Origin: Mucisphaera calidilacus
GTDB lineage: Bacteria; Planctomycetota; Phycisphaerae; Phycisphaerales; Phycisphaeraceae
Direction of reading: 5' to 3'
Assembly: GCF_007748075.1 (NCBI RefSeq)
Contig: NZ_CP036280.1
Coordinates: 1,110,001 to 1,142,000 of the forward strand
DNA: 32,000 bases
Shown here: positions 24,160 through 30,399 of the stretch, piece by piece
Layout of the letters: the number at the start of each line of letters is the position of its first letter
Numbering within the stretch: the first letter of the stretch is position 1
Notes under the pieces: model-generated
Databases searched by the model: none
What the model was told of the DNA's origin: nothing
Seen by the model: only the letters and a program-made list of their open reading frames with translations
Translations under genes and position numbers: made by a program

Positions 24160-25687
24160 CGGTGTCTTCCTCGTTGTCTCGTGGTGGCTGTTCGGGCTGG
24201 GTCTGGGCTTCGCTGAGCCCTAGCTGCTTCATGAGCTGTTTTTCCTTGGCCCGCTGACGCAGTTCGGTCTCCCAGTCCTTGCCCTGGCGGGCGTACTCGG
24301 CCGCGAGTGTGGTGGTGTTGCTCGAAAGCCGCTTCGCCTGGGCGGTGGCTTCCTTGGCCGGGTCAACGTGTTCGGTGCCGTCCCAGAACCACTGACGCGC
24401 AAGACGCCTTGCACGTGCGTCGATCCCTCGCAGGAAGGCAAAGTCGCGCAGCAAGCTGGCCTCATGCAGCCAGGCGGCGAAGATGCGGTCGAGCACCGTG
24501 TTGCTGCAATCAGCCTGCTCGACGCGGATGGATTTGAAGTAGGTCTGGTAATCGAGTCGCCCGGAGGCGTAGTTGTAGCCGGCGCTGTTGCCCGCAGCGA
24601 CGTTAAATGGCATGTTCAGACAGCGGGCGATCTCATTGAGCAGTTCATGCTTGAACTCGCTGTACGTCGTGCCGGGCTGCTCAGCCTTGATCTGCCCGAG
24701 CTTCCAGCCGTCGGGCAGCGTGGTCGCCATGCGTTTTTCGAGTTGGACCACGTCCATCGGCTCGACGGCAGACGCCTCCCCGTTGGCAGGAGCGTCGGTG
24801 TAGAGCACGGCGGCGAAGTCGGCGGCTGTCTCGGCAGCGGCCAGAACCGCCAGGGTGTAGCGACGCAATTGAGCGAACAGCGGCAGCGCCGGCGTGATCT
24901 CCGGGACACCGCGGTGCTGACCCGGACGGTCAGGTCGGAACCAGTGAATCATCGACGCTGCCGGCACGCGGTCATACACATCGACGATGGATGTGTATGC
25001 GGTCTGCCCGGGGTGCTGCCGATGCACCAGGTAGGTTCGCGGATTGCCGTGGCGGTCGAACTCGATGCCGTCAACCTCAGCAAGCGTCTCGTCGCGCGTG
25101 TCGAAGGCACGGTGCCTTCCGGAGCTGCGGTTTCCAAGGGCGGGGCTATCTCCGGGGGCGGGGGTGGGGGTGGTGATTCGGTCCGCTTCGATCAGCTGCA
25201 GGTCGATCTTCACCGGCGAATCGATCCTCGGGTTACCTGCGATAAGAGCGAACGCCTCGCCGTCGGTCGCCTTGGCCATCCGCATCGTGCGGATCTTCTC
25301 GGCCAGATGAATCTCCCTGGCCCAGTTAGCAAAGGCCGTCTCGACGATGCGGTTGATCTCCGCGTCCTCGGTCAGCAGCTGCAGACGCGGGCCGGTGCCC
25401 ACGCAGTCGTTGGCCAGTGTGAGCACGATCCCCTTGGCGTAGGCGTTGTTCGCCACCTCGTAGCGGGCGCGGTTGCGGAGCTTGCCACGCACGTCGGCCG
25501 AAGCCGCCGCGTCAGCCGACAACCCGTCGGCGTTGGCCCAGTGCCGGGCGTTGTCCACGGTGGTCTGCGCCGCGTCGTAGCGCGCACGTAGCGCCCCCGG
25601 AACCTCCCCCGGAACCTCCCCCGGAACCACCCCCGGCATCACCGGGAGGGACTGCTGGGCCTTCACCTTCTTGCGGAACGGCCACAT
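24101..25687 (-). CDS. Portal protein, lambda family
   Basis: ARYDAAQTTVDNARHWANADGLSADAAASADVRGKLRNRARYEVANNAYAKGIVLTLANDCVGTGPRLQ matches the lambda-type portal N-terminus. ATG 25687 overlaps the upstream stop by 1 nt (TGATG). The track start TTG 25690 is less likely. Confidence 0.85.
   Translation of the reverse strand: MWPFRKKVKAQQSLPVMPGVVPGEVPGEVPGALRARYDAAQTTVDNARHWANADGLSADAAASADVRGKLRNRARYEVANNAYAKGIVLTLANDCVGTGPRLQLLTEDAEINRIVETAFANWAREIHLAEKIRTMRMAKATDGEAFALIAGNPRIDSPVKIDLQLIEADRITTPTPAPGDSPALGNRSSGRHRAFDTRDETLAEVDGIEFDRHGNPRTYLVHRQHPGQTAYTSIVDVYDRVPAASMIHWFRPDRPGQHRGVPEITPALPLFAQLRRYTLAVLAAAETAADFAAVLYTDAPANGEASAVEPMDVVQLEKRMATTLPDGWKLGQIKAEQPGTTYSEFKHELLNEIARCLNMPFNVAAGNSAGYNYASGRLDYQTYFKSIRVEQADCSNTVLDRIFAAWLHEASLLRDFAFLRGIDARARRLARQWFWDGTEHVDPAKEATAQAKRLSSNTTTLAAEYARQGKDWETELRQRAKEKQLMKQLGLSEAQTQPEQPPRDNEEDTDAPGSTPGNENPRNQRQAA
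24119..24156 (+). repeat. TTCCGGGGG-family array (d)
   Basis: ATTCCGGGGGTTTTCATTGCCGGGGGTGCTTCCGGGGG. Lies within the 59-nt overlap between the portal 3' end and the capsid-fusion 5' end. Confidence 0.85.
25142..25173 (+). repeat. TTCCGGGGG-family array (e)
   Basis: GGGGCTATCTCCGGGGGCGGGGGTGGGGGTGG. In the portal it encodes TTPTPAPGDSP on the antisense strand. Confidence 0.7.
25593..25646 (-). repeat. TTCCGGGGG-family array (f)
   Basis: Plus strand has 12-bp units CCCCCGGAACCT x2, then CCCCCGGAACCA and CCCCCGGCATCA. Encodes the portal N-terminus MPGVVPGEVPGEVPGA. Confidence 0.9.
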
Positions 25688-25893
25688 CAAACAGTCCCTC
25701 CCGGATCGACCTTGGCCAGCTTGATACCGAGGCCTTTCGACCGACTCGCCTTCTTGGACTCGAGGTACTTATCCGCGGCAATCTGGTCGGCAAGACCGTG
25801 CTGGTCCACACTGCCGCTGTCACCCGAGGCTCGCTTGGGCCCGGCGGCGTTCTCGCGGATGGTGGTGTCCAGGTTGTCCGTGTCCTTCGCCAA
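25687..25893 (-). CDS. Small phage protein in the gpW position, between terminase and portal
   Basis: 68 aa. TTG start preceded by GGAGA. ...SGDSGSVDQHGLADQIAADKYLESKKASRSKGLGIKLAKVDPGG. Function is inferred from position only. Confidence 0.5.
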   Translation of the reverse strand: MAKDTDNLDTTIRENAAGPKRASGDSGSVDQHGLADQIAADKYLESKKASRSKGLGIKLAKVDPGGTV

Positions 25894-26127
25894 AGATGTC
25901 TCCGAGAATGATCGGTCCCCTCTCTAGTTACCTATGCGAATGGGCACAGACGGTCCCGCGCAAGTGGGTGATTGGATTAGAACGCTTCGAATATGTTCCG
26001 TACTGGGAACGAGCTACACGCAAGTGCACCTGATGAGCTGCGATGTTCTACTAGCCTCATACGTCGTGAACACACCCACACCTGCGGCATTCGATCCCCC
26101 GCTGCTCCTGCCTTGCACGTTCGCTGG

Positions 26128-28467
26128 TTACCTGTGCCATGACTGCTCGCTCCTTTGCATCTGTGACAACTTCAGTCGTTTGCCCGGCGTGGCCGTGACC
26201 GCCTGCGTGCCGGTGAGATTCGCTCCTTGGACGCTGGCCGCGACGGCGCAGCCGACCAGGCAGTCCAGCCAGTGGTTGTCCGGCCTGCCTGCCCGCAGCT
26301 TCCACTCATCCACCACGCGGCCCCGCGCTTCGGTCTGCACGCGGTACTCGGCGGTGAGGTGCTCGGCGAAAAGCTGGTGTTCGGCGGGCTTGCGGCCAAA
26401 GAGCGACAGACAACCCGGATCACCCATCGCCACCGATAGCCGGGCGTGGATAAAGCTCTTCCAGTAGTTGGTGTCGATCAGCACGTGCCGCACCTGCCTG
26501 CGTCCCTGCACGTTGGGGATGCGCCAGTGGTGCCCGACCCGCTCGCCGCGCTTGCGCTTGTATTCGCTGAACGGAATGCTCGAGGCACCGACGTAGCGCC
26601 CGTGGCTGGGCATGACCAGGCTGGCGTGGGCGCTCTGGCGGCAGAACTGATAGACCACGTCGGTGGACTGGCCCCAGTTGGCGTCGATCAGGCAGCGTTC
26701 GATCCGCAGTTCGGCCCCGTCGTCGCGTCGCCAGCTTCGAGACAGGTAATCCTCGGTGAGCTTCTCCAGCCCGGCGTAGATCGAGCCTTCGAGCCCTGTG
26801 CCCGGCGCATTGCGCCCCAGCGTCTTCTGGGCTTCTCTGAGCGTGAAGTACGAACGCTGCTGATCGGGGTAGGTGCCATAGTCGAGGGCGTAGCCGGTGA
26901 AGTCGTCCTCCCACGCCACCACAGCGTGAAAGAGCAGCTTGCCCTGCACGTCGATGAACATCGTCAGGTGGCTGGCCCCAATCGGCACGATTGCCCGCGG
27001 ATGGCCGTTGATCTTGGCAGCGATCGCCTCGGCGGAGAGCTGATCGACGTCGCCTTCGTCCTCGGGCAGCGGCTCGTTCTGGTACTCGGCCCAGAACGCC
27101 CGTTCATCCTGCAGCCGCAGGTTCATGGCGTGCTGGATCGCCGACAGTTCATCCTCGTTGTGGCGCTGCGGCCAGGCGATCACCGCGCCCGCATCCATCT
27201 TGTCGCGATGCTCGCGGTAGAACTCGGTCGCCTCGTGGCCGTCGCCGTCGTTACGGAAGCTATCGGATCGAATCTGGGCGTAGGTCTCCCAGAGCTTCTC
27301 GTTGTCAGGAAAGGCGTAGACCAGCTTGGTGCGCTGCCCCTGCCATGCCGGGTGCTTGTCGCGGTCAAGAATCTGATCCGCCATGTCCCCGGGGCGGATC
27401 ACCGTGCAGGGCATGATGCCGGAGATCTTCTGGCCCGGGCCGGCCAGGTTCAGGATCGCGCCGTTGAGCGTCTCCATCCGGGCACGCACCTGCTGATCAC
27501 TGCGGGCCGATTCGTCGGTCTGCGGGTCATCGAGGACCACCAGCGACGGGCGCAGCGCCCGGCCGTCGGCGTGCTTGTACTTCATGCCGCGAATCCGGCT
27601 CTCGATCCCCGCGACCCGTACAACCGCGCCCGAGCAGTCGCTGCCAGGGGTCGTTGGCAGCACAATCTCGTCGGCCGTCCAGACGATGCGGGTGTGCTTG
27701 CCGTTGCAGAGTTGGCCCTTGGCGCGGTTGTGGATGCGTTCGAGCGCATGGATCGGGTAGACCGCCTCGGGATAGTCTTCGAGCAGGTGCTCGTTGGTCT
27801 CGAACTCGACCTTGATGCTCTCGAGCATGTTGCGGGCGTGCCCGGCGTCCGAGCCGATCAGGCAGACGAACTCCTGCGCTCCGGTGAGCATCGCCCAGAT
27901 GCAGGCCGTCTCGGCCAGCGTGGTCTTGCCGCTGCCACGGGGCATGGCCATGGCGAACAGCCCGCCGCGAAGCACGGCGTGTTCGATCTTCTCGATGACC
28001 TTGAGGTGATCGTTCGACCACGGCAGGCAGAAGGTCTCAGGGAAGTAGGTCTCGCAGAAGAACCGAAAGTCGTCGCGTGCCTTAGCCTTGCGATCCGGGT
28101 CGACGATCTTGGGGATATCGCCGATATCACGCCCGCTGGCCGACAACTCGGCGTTGCGGGCACGAGCCGCCTCTTTAAGCGCCTCATAACCCCCGGAAGC
28201 AGCGGGCTGCTTGTCCGGTTCACCTTCGGATGGGTGGTGACGCAGCCACACCAGCCACGCGGCGTAGCGCAGCAGGTCGACGTGCTTCTCGTCGCCCACA
28301 CGAAACCCCGCCCGGTTGCGGTGGCGGCGCAGCTGCTGCTCGCTGATCACCTCACCCAGCGGCGTGGAGTTGAGCATCCGCGTCAGCGTCGACGGGCGGA
28401 GCTTGCGCGGGTCAATCCTTCCGGGGGTGTTTCCGGGGGCGGGGGCGGGGTTACTTCCGGGGGCCAT
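26128..28467 (-). CDS. Terminase large subunit with an N-terminal TerS-like wHTH extension
   Basis: 779 aa. GGGAGG RBS. Walker A MPRGSGKTTLAE, Walker B LVVLDDPQ. Nuclease-half motifs FIDVQGKLLFHAVVAWEDD and CLIDANWG. N-terminal residues 20-75 (LRPSTLTRMLNS...ISEQQLRRHRNRAGF...VDLLRYAAWLV) are similar to the upstream 77-aa protein. Confidence 0.85.
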   Translation of the reverse strand: MAPGSNPAPAPGNTPGRIDPRKLRPSTLTRMLNSTPLGEVISEQQLRRHRNRAGFRVGDEKHVDLLRYAAWLVWLRHHPSEGEPDKQPAASGGYEALKEAARARNAELSASGRDIGDIPKIVDPDRKAKARDDFRFFCETYFPETFCLPWSNDHLKVIEKIEHAVLRGGLFAMAMPRGSGKTTLAETACIWAMLTGAQEFVCLIGSDAGHARNMLESIKVEFETNEHLLEDYPEAVYPIHALERIHNRAKGQLCNGKHTRIVWTADEIVLPTTPGSDCSGAVVRVAGIESRIRGMKYKHADGRALRPSLVVLDDPQTDESARSDQQVRARMETLNGAILNLAGPGQKISGIMPCTVIRPGDMADQILDRDKHPAWQGQRTKLVYAFPDNEKLWETYAQIRSDSFRNDGDGHEATEFYREHRDKMDAGAVIAWPQRHNEDELSAIQHAMNLRLQDERAFWAEYQNEPLPEDEGDVDQLSAEAIAAKINGHPRAIVPIGASHLTMFIDVQGKLLFHAVVAWEDDFTGYALDYGTYPDQQRSYFTLREAQKTLGRNAPGTGLEGSIYAGLEKLTEDYLSRSWRRDDGAELRIERCLIDANWGQSTDVVYQFCRQSAHASLVMPSHGRYVGASSIPFSEYKRKRGERVGHHWRIPNVQGRRQVRHVLIDTNYWKSFIHARLSVAMGDPGCLSLFGRKPAEHQLFAEHLTAEYRVQTEARGRVVDEWKLRAGRPDNHWLDCLVGCAVAASVQGANLTGTQAVTATPGKRLKLSQMQRSEQSWHR
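28419..28463 (+). repeat. TTCCGGGGG-family array (g)
   Basis: TTCCGGGGGTGTTTCCGGGGGCGGGGGCGGGGTTACTTCCGGGGG. Spans the TerL start and the TerS-like stop. On the antisense strand it encodes APGSNPAPAPGNTPG. Confidence 0.9.
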
Positions 28468-28684
28468 GAGCCGCCTCCCTCGCCAGCCAGGCGGCGTAAT
28501 GCACCAGGTTCACGGTGCCGGGGTTCCGGGGGTCGGGGTTCCGGGGGTCGGGGTTGGTGGGTGCGCCCGCTTCGATGTCGACGCGGACCATCGCCTCGGT
28601 GATGCGGCGATGGCCCGCTGCTGCGAGGATCTTCGCCGCCTGAGCCGGCGTCAGTGCCGTGATTCTGGGGTTGGGGTCGGACAT
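28451..28684 (-). CDS. Small terminase-like / Nu1-type wHTH DNA-binding protein
   Basis: 77 aa. ...LTPAQAAKILAAAGHRRITEAMVRVDIEAGAP[TNPDPRNPDPRNPG]TVNLVHYAAWLA. Sits immediately upstream of TerL and overlaps it by 17 nt. The bracketed segment is encoded by a motif array. Confidence 0.6.
   Translation of the reverse strand: MSDPNPRITALTPAQAAKILAAAGHRRITEAMVRVDIEAGAPTNPDPRNPDPRNPGTVNLVHYAAWLAREAAHGPRK
28518..28560 (+). repeat. TTCCGGGGG-family array (h)
   Basis: 15-bp units GGGGTTCCGGGGGTC x2 followed by GGGGTTGG. On the antisense strand it encodes NPDPRNPDPRNPG inside the TerS-like wHTH. Confidence 0.9.
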
Positions 28685-28818
28685 ATCTCTAGCCCTTCTG
28701 CGAGCTTGTGGGAATCTGTAAGTAATTGCGAGTCATGGGCTTAATGGTCTTGATGATGCCGCGATTCCATGGCTTGATGTGTCTGTAACGACAGCACCAG
28801 GTAGCCAAGGAAATCGCC

Positions 28819-29049
28819 ATGCATAGCGCACGCCCCAACGCCAGCAGCAGCCTTCAACGCGACTGGCACGACCTCAAGCCCGGCGACGTGATCTGGTTCA
28901 ACAGCGCCTGGCGCGAGGTCTTCGACGCCTACCCCAGCGGCCACGACACCGTGACCATCAAGCTGATCGTTCGGGCCGCGAAATGCCCCACCCGGATCGA
29001 AACCCACCGCGTCTGCGTCAACAACACCACGGCCACCTGCCAGGCCTGA
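28819..29049 (+). CDS. Hypothetical small protein, first gene of the divergent accessory operon
   Basis: 76 aa. AAGGAAA RBS. No motif recognised. Confidence 0.55.
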   Translation: MHSARPNASSSLQRDWHDLKPGDVIWFNSAWREVFDAYPSGHDTVTIKLIVRAAKCPTRIETHRVCVNNTTATCQA

Positions 29050-29070
29050 ACCGGAAAGGAACACACCACC

Positions 29071-29307
29071 ATGGCCAAGCAGACCGCCCACGAGCTCTAC
29101 GACCAACGCCGCCAGGACATCGCCCGCGTGATGGACTGGATCGAACTCGAACTCGACAAGCACAAGACCAACGCCAAGAGCGATCCGAAGAACTGGGGCT
29201 ACGCCGGTGACCTCGGCCACGTTCGCGAGAAGCTCATCGAGACGCTGGCTTTCCTCTCTAACAGCGATCCGCAAGAGATTGAAGCGATGCTCAGTGAATG
29301 CCGCTGA
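29071..29307 (+). CDS. Hypothetical small protein
   Basis: 78 aa. AAAGGAA RBS. Helical (MAKQTAHELYDQRRQDIARVMDWIELELDKHK...). Confidence 0.55.
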   Translation: MAKQTAHELYDQRRQDIARVMDWIELELDKHKTNAKSDPKNWGYAGDLGHVREKLIETLAFLSNSDPQEIEAMLSECR

Positions 29308-29352
29308 TTCCCTTGAATCGTCATCAACCACGCTTGAGCAAGGAGACATCCC

Positions 29353-29595
29353 ATGCCACAGCCACGCGCAACCACGGATCAGGCGCTTCACCGCATCGCC
29401 AGCGAGACGCTCGGCCTCGAAACCCTCGAGACCCGCAAGAGCGACAGCCTCGACTTCCACGAGGTCAGCGTTTGGGGCGTCAAGGCCGCCCTTGAGCAGG
29501 CGTACGAAGCGGGCCGCAAGGCGGCTCCACCCCAGCCTCCAACGCGAACCATCTGCCCGGCGTGTGGCCGGGAGATCGAGACCCGCCCCCTCTAA
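29353..29595 (+). CDS. Hypothetical small protein with a DUF6900-like motif
   Basis: 80 aa. AAGGAGA RBS. ...LGLETLETRKSDSLDFHEVSVWGVKAALEQAYEAG... resembles a small family seen on plasmids and phages; this rests on memory only. C-terminal CPACG. Confidence 0.55.
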   Translation: MPQPRATTDQALHRIASETLGLETLETRKSDSLDFHEVSVWGVKAALEQAYEAGRKAAPPQPPTRTICPACGREIETRPL

Positions 29596-29623
29596 AGCCC
29601 GCTCGTTGCGGGCTTGTTTGTTG
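29596..29623 (+). terminator. Intrinsic terminator
   Basis: AGCCCGC-tcgtt-GCGGGCT is a perfect 7-bp stem, followed by TGTTTGTTG. It starts directly after the stop codon at 29593-29595. Confidence 0.6.
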
Positions 29624-29646
29624 ATAGAACCCCAAGGAGTGACGCC

Positions 29647-30228
29647 ATGAAGAAGATCGACGTGCAGATCGGCGCGACCTACCTCGTCAAGGTCGCCGGC
29701 AACCTCGTGCCGGTGAAGATCGAGCGCGAGCACGCATCCGGGTACGGCTGGGAAGGCGTGAGCCAGAAGACCGGCAAGACGATCCGGATCAAGAGCCCGC
29801 AGCGCCTGCGTCAGCGTCTGGGCGACGTTCCCGCCACGGCCGACGGGCCTGCGAGGACGACCGCCAAGGCCAAGACCAGGACCCAACGCGACACGGGCCA
29901 ACGTGCCGCGACTGGGGGCGCTTCCGGGGGCGATTGCGGGGGTACTTCCGGGGGTGCCGGGGGTGATTCCGGGGGAGAGAAGCAGATGAGTCTGCTCGAC
30001 GCGGCGGCGCACCTGCTGAGCCTGGGCACCGGCGACGACCCGAGGGCGATGCGCTGCCAGGAGTTGGTCGACCTTGCCATCGAGAGCCGGCTCTGGTCGC
30101 CCGGCAAAGGCAAGACGCCCGCGAACACGCTCTACGCCGCCATCTCGCGCGAGATCAAGGTCAAGGGCGACGCCAGCCGCTTCGTCAAGGCCGAACGCGG
30201 CAAGTTCGCCCTGGCCAGCACTGCCTGA
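29647..30228 (+). CDS. Two-domain DNA-binding protein: small beta-rich N-domain, basic linker, C-terminal HARE-HTH-like winged helix
   Basis: ATG 29647 (MKKIDVQIGATYLVKV...) follows AAGGAG; the track start 29614 lies inside the terminator. The C-terminus MSLLDAAAHLLSLG...MRCQELVDLAIESRLWSPGKGKTPANTLYAAISREIKVKGDASRFVKAERGKFAL fits the HARE-HTH pattern (RpoE-delta N-domain type). The linker GGASGGDCGGTSGGAGGDSGG is encoded by a motif array. Confidence 0.65.
   Translation: MKKIDVQIGATYLVKVAGNLVPVKIEREHASGYGWEGVSQKTGKTIRIKSPQRLRQRLGDVPATADGPARTTAKAKTRTQRDTGQRAATGGASGGDCGGTSGGAGGDSGGEKQMSLLDAAAHLLSLGTGDDPRAMRCQELVDLAIESRLWSPGKGKTPANTLYAAISREIKVKGDASRFVKAERGKFALASTA
29914..29975 (+). repeat. TTCCGGGGG-family array (i)
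   Basis: GGGGGCGCTTCCGGGGGCGATTGCGGGGGTACTTCCGGGGGTGCCGGGGGTGATTCCGGGGG: six G5 tracts at an 11-12-bp period. Encodes the interdomain linker of the HARE-HTH-like protein. Confidence 0.9.
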
Positions 30229-30256
30229 ACGCCGCGTCATACCCCCACCTCCTCGA

Positions 30257-30294
30257 CCCCGGGAGCAGCCTCGGCCTGCGTCGGGGTTGTTTGT
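30257..30294 (+). terminator. Probable intrinsic terminator
   Basis: CCCCG-GGA-GCAG-cctcggc-CTGC-GT-CGGGG forms a bipartite stem, followed by TTGTTTGT. Confidence 0.4.
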
Positions 30295-30340
30295 CGTGGG
30301 ACAACTCGAGACGTAAAGAAACGATTGTTTCCTATGGAGG

Positions 30341-30369
30341 TTGACTGAGAAACGACCGATTCTTAGTAT
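30341..30369 (+). promoter_or_regulatory. Sigma70-like promoter candidate for the Fic gene, overlapped by GAAACG / CGTTTC repeats
   Basis: TTGACT (30341-30346), a 17-nt spacer, then TAGTAT (30364-30369). AGAAACgattGTTTCC lies at about 30318-30333. GAGAAACGACCG lies inside the spacer and GACCGTTTCAC downstream. Confidence 0.4.
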
Positions 30370-30399
30370 CGGGATCACGGAAAGGACCGTTTCACAGCC

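Noticed and set aside
26030-26037. CTGATGAG in the noncoding gap as a hammerhead ribozyme core
   Set aside because: The downstream sequence lacks a GAAA box after a proper stem II. No stem I / stem III arrangement or cleavage-site context could be built.
25894-26127. tRNA-like elements (GTAGCTCG..., GATCGAATG) in the noncoding gap
   Set aside because: No acceptor, D, anticodon or T stems can be paired into a cloverleaf on either strand.
26446-28602. 718-aa plus-strand ORF opposite TerL. Similar long antisense ORFs lie at 4589-6019, 6416-7942, 18213-19619, 22249-23175 and 24368-25591.
   Set aside because: Each lies antisense to a gene with clear family motifs (terminase Walker A/B, LacI HTH, GH30 motifs, portal, capsid). 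These are open only because stop codons are rare in high-GC DNA.
28685-28818. Specific -35/-10 promoters or a cos site in the divergent intergenic region
   Set aside because: The region is AT-richer and must contain divergent promoters. I could not identify convincing hexamers or a cos-like repeat by eye, so no feature is called.
17916-29975. The motif arrays as CRISPR arrays or a DGR template/variable-repeat pair
   Set aside because: The units are 9-15 bp with no spacers. The arrays are 30-70 bp long, in frame within genes and scattered. There are no cas or reverse-transcriptase genes and no long TR/VR pair with adenine-specific differences.
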